The notes below the pieces were generated by a model that saw nothing but the letters and a program-made list of their open reading frames with translations, was not told where the DNA came from and made no database searches. Both the position numbers and the translations under genes were made by a program. A stretch of DNA of 64,000 nt, taken from positions 6,524-70,523 of the forward strand of contig CAIXXC010000413.1 in the NCBI GenBank assembly GCA_903923205.1. The letters are read 5' to 3'. This document shows positions 10,053 to 19,483 of this stretch, in pieces (the first letter of the stretch is position 1; each line of letters opens with the position of its first letter). The DNA comes from an uncultured Rhodospirillales bacterium (GTDB lineage Bacteria > Pseudomonadota > Alphaproteobacteria > ATCC43930 > CGMCC-115725).

Positions 10053-10838
10053 ATGGCACATGAACTCCAGCTATCGAAGATAATGCCGAGCAATTTCGGT
10101 CCGATCGATCGCGTTGCGCTTGCACAGGCCCGGATCGATCTTGCCGCGTGCCTGCGCTGGGCCGTGCGGCTCAAATTCGATGAGGGCATCTGCAATCATT
10201 TCTCGGCGATGGTGCCGGGACGCGACGATCTCTTCCTGGTCAATCCCTATGGCCTCATGTTCCGCGAGATCACGGCGTCCAGCCTGCTGCTGTGCGATTT
10301 CGAGGGCACTGTCCTTGAGGGCGACGGCAAGCCGGAGGCGACCGCGTTCTTCATCCACGCCCGACTTCACAAGAACATGCCCCGCGCCCGCGCCGCCCTG
10401 CATACCCATATGCCCAACGCCACGGCACTCGCCATGATCGAGGGAGAGCCTCTGTCCTGGGCCGGTCAGACAGCGCTGAAATTCTATGGCCGCACCATCG
10501 TTGACGAGGTCTATAACGGCCTCGCCCTTGACGAACGCGAGGGCGACCGCATCGCCGCAGCGATGGGCAATGCCGATATCGTATTCTTGAAAAATCACGG
10601 CGTCATGACCGTGGGACCGACGATCGCCGAGGCCTGGGACGACCTTTACTATCTTGAACGCGCCGCCGAGGTTCAGATCAAGGCGCTCAGCACGGGGCGC
10701 CCCCTGCGCCCTGTCAATCCTGATGTAGCCCGCCGCACCGCCGAACAGATCCGGGTCGGCGATCCCGAAAGCGCCCGCCTTCACCTTGAAAGCATGAAGC
10801 GGGTGCTGATGCGCGAGGAACCTGACTTCGCCACCTGA
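10053..10838 (+). CDS. Class II aldolase/adducin-family protein
   Basis: Size and conserved blocks (ICNHFSA, HTHMPNATAL, NHGVMTVG) fit the class II aldolase/adducin fold. The ATG at 10053 is preferred over the track start at 10014. Confidence 0.7.
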   Translation: MAHELQLSKIMPSNFGPIDRVALAQARIDLAACLRWAVRLKFDEGICNHFSAMVPGRDDLFLVNPYGLMFREITASSLLLCDFEGTVLEGDGKPEATAFFIHARLHKNMPRARAALHTHMPNATALAMIEGEPLSWAGQTALKFYGRTIVDEVYNGLALDEREGDRIAAAMGNADIVFLKNHGVMTVGPTIAEAWDDLYYLERAAEVQIKALSTGRPLRPVNPDVARRTAEQIRVGDPESARLHLESMKRVLMREEPDFAT

Positions 10839-11016
10839 CCATCAGACATACCCGGTTGCCGGAGAGTTTGCCCATATTTTCCGCTACACTTTGATCTCAT
10901 GGCGGGCACGATTAGTTTTTACTCAATTCGAGCTCCCATCATAAAACCAGCGTAACGGCCTTCCCTCGTGGGAAATACGGCGGATCGGCTTGGACAGCGG
11001 CCGCGCCGCGCCTGCC

Positions 11017-11032
11017 CGGCACATCGCTTGCT
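11017..11032 (+). promoter_or_regulatory. Candidate sigma-54 (-24/-12) promoter for nirBD
   Basis: cGGCAC-atcgc-TTGCt matches TGGCAC-N5-TTGC with correct spacing. It lies about 45 nt upstream of the nirB ATG at 11077. Nitrogen-assimilation genes are commonly NtrC/sigma-54 dependent. Confidence 0.4.
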
Positions 11033-11076
11033 AGTCATACCCCAGATGTGAACGCGTGCGCACAAGGGGATGTCTG

Positions 11077-13533
11077 ATGAACATGATCTCGCGTCCTCCC
11101 CGGAAACTGGTGGTGGTCGGCAACGGCATGGCCGGAGTGCGGGCGGTTGAGGAAATTCTCGCCCGCGCACCCGGCAGCTTCGCCATCACCGTGTTCGGCG
11201 CCGAGCCTGAGGTGAATTACAATCGCATCATGCTCTCCCCACTGCTTGCGGGGGAGAAGCGCTTTGACGAGATCGTGATCAATGACCGCGCCTGGTATGA
11301 GGCGCAAGGGATCGAGCTCATCGCGGGCGAGGCCGTGATTGAGATCGATCGCGCGGCGAAGACCGTACGGGGCGAAAGCGGTACCCGCCGGGCCTATGAC
11401 GTGCTGCTGCTCGCCACCGGCTCCAACCCCTTCATCCTGCCCGTGCCGGGGATCAATCTGCCGGGTGTGGTCACGTTCCGCAATGTGGCCGATGTCGGAG
11501 CCATGCAGGAGGCGGCAAAGCATCATCACCAAGCCGTCGTTATCGGCGGCGGATTGTTGGGGCTTGAGGCAGCCCACGGTCTCAAGCGCAACGGGATGGA
11601 CGTCACGGTTGTCCATCTGATGCCGAACCTGATGGAACGCCAGCTCGATACGGCCGCGGCGCATCTGCTGGCGCGCGATCTCGAGGACAGAGGCATCAAG
11701 GTGTTACTCGACACAAGGACAACGGCGCTGCTGGGCAATGATCGCGTCGAGCGGGTCGCCTTCGCCGATGGCCGTGAGATCAGGGCTGATCTTGTCGTCC
11801 TCGCCGTCGGCATCCGCCCCAATATCGATCTGGCGCGTGAGGGTGGCCTTGCCTGCAATCGCGGCATCGTGGTCGATGACGGCCTGTACACGTCAGATCA
11901 GAGCATCTTCGCGATCGGCGAATGCATCGAGCATAATGGCGTGTGCCACGGCCTTGTCGCGCCGATCTGGGACATGGCGAAGGTTGTCGCCGATAATATC
12001 ACCGGTATGGCTCAATCCGTTTTCTCCGCCAGCATCACGGGAACACGATTGAAGGTAACCGGGATCGACATGTTCTCCGCCGGGAATTTCCTTGGCGGCG
12101 GCGATACCGAGGATATCGTCTTCCGCGATGCCGCCCGTGGCGTCTACAAACGGCTGGTGATCGAGGAGAACCGGCTGGCCGGGGTTATCTGCTATGGCGA
12201 TGCGACGGATTCCGGTTGGTATCTTCAGATGCTGCGCGACGGCACGAATATCGAAAATCGGCGCGAGACCCTCATCCTCGGGCCTGGTTTCGGCACCGAC
12301 GGTATCTCGACGCACGCCCCAGGAGATATCGCGGCCCTGTCGGACGCGACGGAGATTTGCGGCTGCAACGGCATCTGCAAGGGCAAGATCCTGGCCGCGA
12401 TCGATACCCATCGGCTGACGACCATTGACGGCGTCCGTGCCCATACGAAGGCCTCCGCCTCCTGCGGCAGTTGCACACCGCTGGTCGAGCAATTGTTGAT
12501 GCTTGCTGTCGGCGATGGGTTCGAGAAAGCAACGGTCAAACCGCTGTGCACGTGTACCGATCTCAGCCACGAGATCGTGCGGGCACAGATTCCAACGCTC
12601 GGCCTGAAGAGCATCCCGGCGCTTATGCAGGCTTTATGCTGGAAGACGCCGGATGGTTGTGCCACCTGCCGACCGGCGCTTAACTTCTATCTGCTGTGCG
12701 CCTGGCCCGGCGTCTATGTCGATGACCCGCAATCGCGTTACATCAACGAACGCCATCACGCCAACATCCAGAAGGACGGAACCTACTCCGTCGTGCCCCG
12801 GATGTGGGGCGGGCTGACGACGGCAAAGGAGCTGCGCGCCATTGCCGATGTCGTTGACAAATACGAGATCCCGACAGTCAAGGTCACGGGCGGCCAGCGC
12901 ATCGACCTGCTGGGCATCCGAAAGGAACAGCTGCCCGATGTCTGGCGCGACCTCAACGCCGCCGGGATGGTCTCGGGCCATGCCTATGGCAAGGCGTTGC
13001 GCACGGTCAAGACCTGCGTCGGATCGGAATGGTGCCGTTTCGGCACGCAGGATTCGACCGGGATGGGCGTCGCGCTGGAGCGGATGACCTGGGATTCCTA
13101 CCATCCCCACAAGGTCAAACTCGCGGTCTCAGGCTGTCCACGCAACTGTGCCGAGGCAACGATCAAAGATTTCGGCGTTGTCGCGGTTGAGAGCGGCTGG
13201 GAACTGCACGTCGCAGGCAATGGCGGCATCAAGGTGCGCGTGACCGATTTCCTCTGCAAGGTCGAGACCGAGGACGAGGTGCTCGAATATTGCGGGGCCT
13301 TTCTCCAGCTCTATCGCGAGGAGGCCCGATATCTCGACCGCACAGCGCATTGGGTCGAGCGCGTGGGGATCGACTATGTCAAGCAGCGTGTGGTTGAGGA
13401 CAAGGTGGGCCGCGCCGGGCTCTACGCGCGCTTTCTTCATTCACAGAGCTTCAACCAAAAGGACCCCTGGTCGGCGCAGGCCAGCGAGGCGCTGAAGGCG
13501 CGTGAGTTCCGCGTGCTTGCCGAGGTGGAGTAA
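11077..13533 (+). CDS. nirB: NAD(P)H-dependent assimilatory nitrite reductase, large subunit
   Basis: FAD/NAD Rossmann motifs (VVVGNGMAG, VVIGGGLLGLE), a BFD-like 2Fe-2S region (CGCNGICKG) and a C-terminal sirohaem/4Fe-4S domain (CVGSEWCRFG, SGCPRNCAE). SD AAGGGGA lies before the ATG at 11077. Confidence 0.92.
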   Translation: MNMISRPPRKLVVVGNGMAGVRAVEEILARAPGSFAITVFGAEPEVNYNRIMLSPLLAGEKRFDEIVINDRAWYEAQGIELIAGEAVIEIDRAAKTVRGESGTRRAYDVLLLATGSNPFILPVPGINLPGVVTFRNVADVGAMQEAAKHHHQAVVIGGGLLGLEAAHGLKRNGMDVTVVHLMPNLMERQLDTAAAHLLARDLEDRGIKVLLDTRTTALLGNDRVERVAFADGREIRADLVVLAVGIRPNIDLAREGGLACNRGIVVDDGLYTSDQSIFAIGECIEHNGVCHGLVAPIWDMAKVVADNITGMAQSVFSASITGTRLKVTGIDMFSAGNFLGGGDTEDIVFRDAARGVYKRLVIEENRLAGVICYGDATDSGWYLQMLRDGTNIENRRETLILGPGFGTDGISTHAPGDIAALSDATEICGCNGICKGKILAAIDTHRLTTIDGVRAHTKASASCGSCTPLVEQLLMLAVGDGFEKATVKPLCTCTDLSHEIVRAQIPTLGLKSIPALMQALCWKTPDGCATCRPALNFYLLCAWPGVYVDDPQSRYINERHHANIQKDGTYSVVPRMWGGLTTAKELRAIADVVDKYEIPTVKVTGGQRIDLLGIRKEQLPDVWRDLNAAGMVSGHAYGKALRTVKTCVGSEWCRFGTQDSTGMGVALERMTWDSYHPHKVKLAVSGCPRNCAEATIKDFGVVAVESGWELHVAGNGGIKVRVTDFLCKVETEDEVLEYCGAFLQLYREEARYLDRTAHWVERVGIDYVKQRVVEDKVGRAGLYARFLHSQSFNQKDPWSAQASEALKAREFRVLAEVE

Positions 13534-13538
13534 GTCGG

Positions 13539-13892
13539 ATGAGCGACCTCCCGAGCGAAATCGTCTGGGTTGATGTCGGCAGCATCGACGAAATCCGGCC
13601 GCTCGGGTCGCGGATCGTGCGCACGGGTGACGGCGATATCGCCCTGTTTCGCACGGCCGATGATCACGTCTTCGCCCTTCACGACCGTTGTCCGCATAAG
13701 GGCGGACCTTTGTCGCAGGGGATCGTCCATGGTCGCAGCGTGACCTGCCCGCTTCACGCCTGGGTAATCGATCTTGCCTCGGGCGAGGCCGCAGCGCCCG
13801 ATAAGGGCTGCGCCCATACGGTCAAGACCCTGCTGATCGGCGACCGCATCCAACTGCCGCTTGGTGCCAGAGCCCAGACCGGTTTGAGCTAA
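13539..13892 (+). CDS. nirD: Nitrite reductase small subunit (Rieske-like)
   Basis: 117 aa with the CPHKGGPL...CPLHAW pattern, immediately after nirB. Confidence 0.9.
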   Translation: MSDLPSEIVWVDVGSIDEIRPLGSRIVRTGDGDIALFRTADDHVFALHDRCPHKGGPLSQGIVHGRSVTCPLHAWVIDLASGEAAAPDKGCAHTVKTLLIGDRIQLPLGARAQTGLS

Positions 13893-14003
13893 CGTCAGCA
13901 TCGATCTGGACCACTGGGATCGCTTGCGACCTTGCGTGACGAGGCTAATTACGGCTTTTGTAATCCGGAAGTGCGGGAGAGCCTGCGCCCGAGTACGAGT
14001 CAC

Positions 14004-15417
14004 ATGAGCCAGAATCCTTTTCCGATCTTCCTCTCGCTTGCAGAGTCCAGCGTGCTGATCGTTGGCGGCGGCGACATGGCCGTTGCCAAGCTACGCTTGC
14101 TGCGCCCGACGGGCGCCCGAATTGTGGTGGTCGCCGCCGCGCCTTCGGCGGAAATGATCGTTGCGATCAAGGATGCGGGGGGCCGAGTTGCGTCATCGCG
14201 ACTTCATTGCTTCGGACCTTGACGCGGTAAGGCTGTGCTTTGTTGCGCTCGACGAGGTCGAGGCCACTGCCCGCATCGTCGGGCAGGCGCGCGACCGTGG
14301 CATTCTTGTCAACGCCGTCGATCGCCCGGCCTTGTGCGATTTCACCGTCCCCGCCGTCGTTGATCGGAGCCCCGTTACGATCGCGATTTCGACGGGTGGG
14401 GCCGCCCCCGCCCTGGCGCGCGATCTGCGCCGCCGCATCGAGACGATCATTCCATCGGCCTACGGCAGGCTTGCCACAATCTGTCGGCGTTGGCGCGAGC
14501 GCGTTGCCACCGCCGTGCCCGACCCGGCGCGACGCCGACGGATGTGGGATTCCGTGCTCGATGACGCCGAGGCGATGCTCGCCGGCACCGAAACAGAGGC
14601 CGAGGAACGCATATCCCGCGCGCTCGATGCCGCCATCGATGCACAAGCTTCCCTGCTGAAGGGCCGCGTCAGTCTGGTCGGCGCCGGGCCTGGCGATCCC
14701 GAACTTCTAACCCTCAAAGCGCTTCAGGCGATCCAGCGTGCCGATGTCATTTTATATGACCGGCTTATCGATCACGCAATCCTCGACCTTGCCCGCCGTG
14801 GCGCCCGACGGATTGACGTGGGCAAACGCTGCGCCAATCACGTCATGAGCCAGGCTGCTATCAACGAGCTTCTCATGACGAGCGCACAATCCGGCGAGCA
14901 TGTTGTGCGGCTGAAAGGAGGAGATCCCTTTATCTTTGGTCGTGGTGGCGAGGAGATTATCGCACTGCGTCAGGCCGGTCTCACCGTCGAAGTTATTCCC
15001 GGCGTGACCGCGGCCTGTGCCGCGGCAGCGCGACTTGGCATTCCGCTGACTCATCGGGAACTCTCTCATGGCGTTCATTTTCTGACCGGCCACGGCAAAG
15101 ACGGCGGACTGGCACCCCATGACTGGGACGCGATGGCGTCGTCCGCGGGCACGCTGGCGGTCTATATGGGCGCTAATACCGCACCGCTGCTTTCGGCCCG
15201 GCTGATCGCAGCGGGGATGGCGACGGACACGCCTGCGCTGGCGATCGAGAACGCAACCATGCCCGATGAACACGTTGTCGTCGGCACGCTCGCCTCTCTG
15301 CCCGTGCAGATGAGGGACACCGGGCTCGGGGGCCCGACCCTGATCCTCATCGGTGCCGTGGTCGCGCTCCGCAATCCGGCCAGCAATGAGGATGTAACGG
15401 CAATCGCAGGGGCATGA
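14004..15417 (+). pseudogene. cysG: Sirohaem synthase CysG, split by an apparent 1-nt frameshift in a G6 run at 14177-14182. This could be a real pseudogene or a homopolymer sequencing error.
   Basis: Track ORFs 13932-14222 and 14161-15417 are the N- and C-parts of one CysG. The first carries the NAD site (VLIVGGGDMAVAKLRLL). The second carries ISTGGAAPALAR and the SUMT domain (LVGAGPGDPELLTLKA). Removing one G gives ...AIKDAGAELRHRDFIASDLD... in frame. Confidence 0.8.
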
Positions 15418-15556
15418 AGCTCAACGAGGATTACGTCTCCGCCCCTGATTCTGCTATGACGTAGACGCGCAGACCAAGACCTGCTTGGGTTTGCGCGAAA
15501 ACCGGTGCCGTCGTGGGGCGGGAGCGGGTTATCACGATATCGTGTTGGGGGATCGC

Positions 15557-17053
15557 ATGCGGCTGGGTGAACTTCTCGTGGGTCGTGGCCTGGTGACCGT
15601 GGCCCAGATCGAACAGGCGACCGAACGTCAGCGTACCGAAGGCGGGCGGCTCGGCGAGAACCTCATCGCCCTCGGCCTCATGACCGAGGAACAGCTCGAA
15701 TCGGTGATCCACGACACGCCTGTCTCACCCCGCAACGTGGCGGAAACCGGAATTTCGCAGGCTAACCTTTTGGCGTTGATGCTGAAGTTCATGCTGCAGC
15801 AATCCTGCGAGACGGTGATGGATCTCTCCGATCGGATGATGCTGCTGTCACAGGTCGTGCAGGAGTTGATCGAAGACGCCACACAGAAGAAGCTGATCCA
15901 GGCAACCGGCTCGATCGCGGTCGGCATCGTTTCACACATCCGCTATTCGTTGAGCGATCGCGGCCGCATGGCGGCGATGGAAGCACTCGCCCACAACCAG
16001 TATCTCGGGCCCGTGCCCGTCCCACTTGCCGCGTATCAAGGCCAGATTCTGCGCCAACGCATCACCAACGAGGTGACCGACGCCGAGGCCTTCCGCAAAT
16101 GTTTTGAAGGTCTGATCATCCCCGAGCATTTCCTGCGCAAGATCGGCCCCGCCGTGAATGCCGGTCGCACCGTGCTGCTGTTTGGCCCACCGGGAAACGG
16201 CAAGACGACAATCGCGACCAAAATCGCCGGGCTGTTCAAGCACATCGTCTATGTGCCCTATGCCGTCGAAATCGATGGGCAGATCATGAAGGTGTTCGAT
16301 CCTGCGGTTCATATCCGTAAGGTCTCCGAAACCGACGCGGCGCTCCTGGCAGCCCAGGGCGGCGTGCGGCGCGAGCAGTTCGACCAGCGCTGGGTCGCCT
16401 GCAAACGCCCCGTCGTGGTGGCTGGCGGCGAACTCACCCTGGAGATGCTGGATCTGCAGATGAGCGCCGAGGCGCATTTCTACGAAGCGCCGCTGCATAT
16501 CAAGGCGCTCAACGGCGTCTTCATCATCGACGATTTCGGTCGTCAGCAGGTAACGCCCGAGGCCCTGCTGAATCGGTGGATCGTGCCGATGGAAAGCCGG
16601 GTCGATTTCATGAAGCTCAACACCGGCAAGAGCTTCTATATTCCGTTCGACGAGTTGCTGATCTTCTCGACCAATCTTGCGCCCGACGATCTGATGGATC
16701 CGGCGTTCCTGCGTCGCATTCCCTACAAGATCAAGCTGTTCGAGCCGACCCAGGACGAATACCGCCAGATCTTCAACGGCATCGCGCGCGCCGTCGGTCT
16801 TGAGCTGACGGATGACATCTTCGAGTTCATCATCCAGCAACTGACGGTCGAAAACAGCTACGCCCTGGCCTATTACCAGCCGAAGTTCATCTGCGACCAG
16901 ATCATCGCCGCCTGCAAATACGAAGGTGTCCCGCCGCGCTTCACACAGGAGCTTGTGACCGAGGCACTGTCAAACCTTTACGTCCAGATCGCCACCAAGC
17001 TGGCCGCCAAGGCCGAGGCAGAACAGCGCGCGGGATCACCGCACGCGGCCTGA
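15557..17053 (+). CDS. AAA+ ATPase with an N-terminal MshEN/GspE-N-like (predicted c-di-GMP-binding) domain
   Basis: The N-terminus has two tandem RLGxxLLxxGLLxxxxLxxxLxxQ-like repeats (RLGELLVGRGLVTVAQIEQATERQ, 5-aa spacer, RLGENLIALGLMTEEQLESVIHDT). Walker A GPPGNGKTT, Walker B VFIIDDFG, sensor region STNLAPDDLMDPAFLRR. Confidence 0.7.
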   Translation: MRLGELLVGRGLVTVAQIEQATERQRTEGGRLGENLIALGLMTEEQLESVIHDTPVSPRNVAETGISQANLLALMLKFMLQQSCETVMDLSDRMMLLSQVVQELIEDATQKKLIQATGSIAVGIVSHIRYSLSDRGRMAAMEALAHNQYLGPVPVPLAAYQGQILRQRITNEVTDAEAFRKCFEGLIIPEHFLRKIGPAVNAGRTVLLFGPPGNGKTTIATKIAGLFKHIVYVPYAVEIDGQIMKVFDPAVHIRKVSETDAALLAAQGGVRREQFDQRWVACKRPVVVAGGELTLEMLDLQMSAEAHFYEAPLHIKALNGVFIIDDFGRQQVTPEALLNRWIVPMESRVDFMKLNTGKSFYIPFDELLIFSTNLAPDDLMDPAFLRRIPYKIKLFEPTQDEYRQIFNGIARAVGLELTDDIFEFIIQQLTVENSYALAYYQPKFICDQIIAACKYEGVPPRFTQELVTEALSNLYVQIATKLAAKAEAEQRAGSPHAA

Positions 17054-17077
17054 GGCCCAGCGGGCAGGGCCATAGCC

Positions 17078-18703
17078 TCACATGTTGGGGTAGTTCGGCC
17101 CCCCGCCACCTTCGGGAACGACCCAGTTGATATTCTGGGTGGGGTCTTTGATATCGCAGGTTTTGCAGTGGACGCAGTTCTGCGCGTTGATCTGCAGCCG
17201 CGGCTTCGTCGTCTGGTCGATGATTTCGTACACGCCTGCCGGGCAGAAATGCTGCTCAGGCGAGCCGTAGGTGTTCCAGTTGACGCTGATCGCGATATCC
17301 GGGTTCTTGAGCTGCAGATGGACCGGCTGATTTTCCTCGTGATTGGTGTTCGAGATGAACACCGAGGACAGACGATCAAAACTCACGACGCCATCGGGCT
17401 TGGGATACTTGATCGGGGTGATTTCGGTCTTTTTCTTCAGGGTTTCGTTGTCACCATGGTGATAGCGGAAGGTCCAGGGCGCGCGACCTGCAAACAGATA
17501 GGTATCGATGGCGGAATAGGCGATACCGCCCAGCAGACCCCATTTGGCGAATGAGGGGCGGATATTGCGCGCCTTGACCAACTCGTCCCAGAGCCAGGTC
17601 TTCTCGAGCGGCGCCCGGTAATCCGCTGACACTGAATCGTTATCGAGGTTGTTGAAGATGGTCTCGGCAGCCGTCATCGCCGATTTCATCGACGTGTGCG
17701 TCCCCTTGATCTTCGGCGTGTTGAGAAAGCCGGCAGCGCAGCCGACCAGGCAGCCGCCAGGAAAGCTCAGATTCGGGATCGCCTGCAGCCCACCCTCGTT
17801 CAGGGCGCGGGCGCCATAGGAGATCCGGCGGCCACCCTCAAAGGTGGAACGAATCGCGGGATGGGTCTTGTAGCGCTGGAATTCCTCGAACGGCGACAAG
17901 GTCGGGTTCTGGTAGTCGAGCCCGACGACGAAACCCACGGCGACCTGGTTGTTTTCAAGGTGATAAAGGAACGAGCCGCCATAGGTCGAGGTATCGAGCG
18001 GCCAGCCCACAGTATGGATGATCAGGCCCGGCTGATGCTTAGCGGGATCGATCTCCCACAATTCCTTGATGCCGATGCCGTAACTCTGCGGATCGACACC
18101 ATCGCGCAGATTGAAATGCGCGCTCAACTGCTTCGACAACGAACCTCGGCAACCTTCTGCGAAAACCGTGACCTTGCCATGAAGTTCCATGCCGGGTTGA
18201 TAGGCCTCGGTATGCTCCCCCTCGCGACCGACACCCATGTCGCCGGTGGCAACCCCCTTGACCCGCCCCGTCTCGTCGAACAGGACCTCGGCGGCGGCGA
18301 AGCCTGGATAGATTTCGACACCAAGCTCCTCCGCCTGGGTGCCCAGCCAACGCGCGAAATTGCCAAGGCTGATGATGTAATTGCCGTGATTATGCATCTG
18401 CGGGGGATTGGGTAGGGTAATCGACTTGGTCTCGGTCAGAAACAGGAAGCGATCTTCCGTGGCCGGCGTGTTGAGCGGGGCGCCGCGCTCCTTCCAGTCG
18501 GGGATCAGTTCGTTGAGGGCGGTGGGCTCAAGGCAGGCACCCGAAAGGATATGAGCGCCAACCTCGGAGCCTTTTTCCAGAACGCAGACGGAGACCTCCC
18601 GGCCTGCCTCGGCGGCGAGTTGTTTGAGCCTGATCGCCGCGGTCAGTCCGGCTGGGCCGGCGCCGACGATGACGACATCATATTCCATCGACTCACGAGA
18701 CAT
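17078..18703 (-). CDS. Electron-transfer flavoprotein:ubiquinone oxidoreductase (ETF-QO)
   Basis: FAD motif [11 protein letters not shown] and a C-terminal 4Fe-4S ferredoxin-like motif [12 protein letters not shown]. The 541-aa length is typical. Confidence 0.93.
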   Translation of the reverse strand: MSRESMEYDVVIVGAGPAGLTAAIRLKQLAAEAGREVSVCVLEKGSEVGAHILSGACLEPTALNELIPDWKERGAPLNTPATEDRFLFLTETKSITLPNPPQMHNHGNYIISLGNFARWLGTQAEELGVEIYPGFAAAEVLFDETGRVKGVATGDMGVGREGEHTEAYQPGMELHGKVTVFAEGCRGSLSKQLSAHFNLRDGVDPQSYGIGIKELWEIDPAKHQPGLIIHTVGWPLDTSTYGGSFLYHLENNQVAVGFVVGLDYQNPTLSPFEEFQRYKTHPAIRSTFEGGRRISYGARALNEGGLQAIPNLSFPGGCLVGCAAGFLNTPKIKGTHTSMKSAMTAAETIFNNLDNDSVSADYRAPLEKTWLWDELVKARNIRPSFAKWGLLGGIAYSAIDTYLFAGRAPWTFRYHHGDNETLKKKTEITPIKYPKPDGVVSFDRLSSVFISNTNHEENQPVHLQLKNPDIAISVNWNTYGSPEQHFCPAGVYEIIDQTTKPRLQINAQNCVHCKTCDIKDPTQNINWVVPEGGGGPNYPNM

Positions 18704-18819
18704 CGCTCTTCCCCGTTCCTGATTCGCACGCGCGTATCGGTATTTCTGCTGTTACCTACGGGCATATAGCCTTCCCAATCCTGGGTGACAATCTTTTCGA
18801 CCGGATTCCACTGCAAGAT

Positions 18820-18833
18820 TGACGTATACGTCA
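18820..18833. promoter_or_regulatory. Perfect 14-bp palindrome TGACGTATACGTCA in the ETF-QO/tsaE divergent region; candidate dimeric-regulator operator
   Basis: Read directly. It lies about 115 nt upstream of the ETF-QO start (18703, minus strand) inside an AT-rich intergenic region. Confidence 0.3.
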
Positions 18834-18973
18834 CCATTGATTTTGTCATGTCATTATTTTGATCGACTTATGTTCGATATAATATATTCACTGCCGAGGC
18901 GCAAATCGAAATGCTTGTCGAGACCATTGCACCCGCCGTTCCCGCCGCATTACAAGGGGCGGACAGGCGAACC

Positions 18974-19483
18974 ATGACAATGACAACTGATCCTCACCCC
19001 CCCCTTACTCAGGCCACGCGTGACCTCGCCGATGAGACCGCAACGGCGGGCTTGGCGCGGGCACTGGCATCCTGTGCGAGAGCTGGCGACGTCATCGCCC
19101 TCACCGGCAATCTTGGCGCCGGCAAAACCAGCTTTGCCCGCGCCTTCGTTCGCGCCTTCCACGGGCGAGAGCATGAAGAGGTCCCCAGTCCAACATTCAC
19201 TCTGGTCCAGACCTATCCGGGTCAACGGGGCGAGCTCTGGCATGTTGATGCCTATCGCCTCCGGGCTCCGGACGAAATCCTTGAGCTTGGCCTCGATGAT
19301 GCGTTTCCCGACGGCATCATATTGATTGAATGGCCGGAACGATTGGGCGCACATCTGCCGCGACGACGGCTTGATATCAGCCTGTCTCATGGGCCAACGG
19401 AGACGTCGCGCCAGGCGATTTTGAAGGACCAAGGCGGTGGCGACTGGTGCCAGCGGCTGGGAGAAAGCGAGGTGACCCAATGA
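18974..19483 (+). CDS. tsaE: tRNA t6A37 biosynthesis ATPase TsaE
   Basis: P-loop GNLGAGKTSFARAF and a downstream HVDAYRL block. The internal ATG at 18974 gives a typical length of about 169 aa. Confidence 0.85.
   Translation: MTMTTDPHPPLTQATRDLADETATAGLARALASCARAGDVIALTGNLGAGKTSFARAFVRAFHGREHEEVPSPTFTLVQTYPGQRGELWHVDAYRLRAPDEILELGLDDAFPDGIILIEWPERLGAHLPRRRLDISLSHGPTETSRQAILKDQGGGDWCQRLGESEVTQ

Noticed and set aside
13932-14222. Treating 13932-14222 and 14161-15417 as two separate genes.
   Set aside because: Together they reconstitute a single CysG once a 1-nt shift in the G6 run (14177-14182) is allowed. Neither half is a known stand-alone protein boundary.
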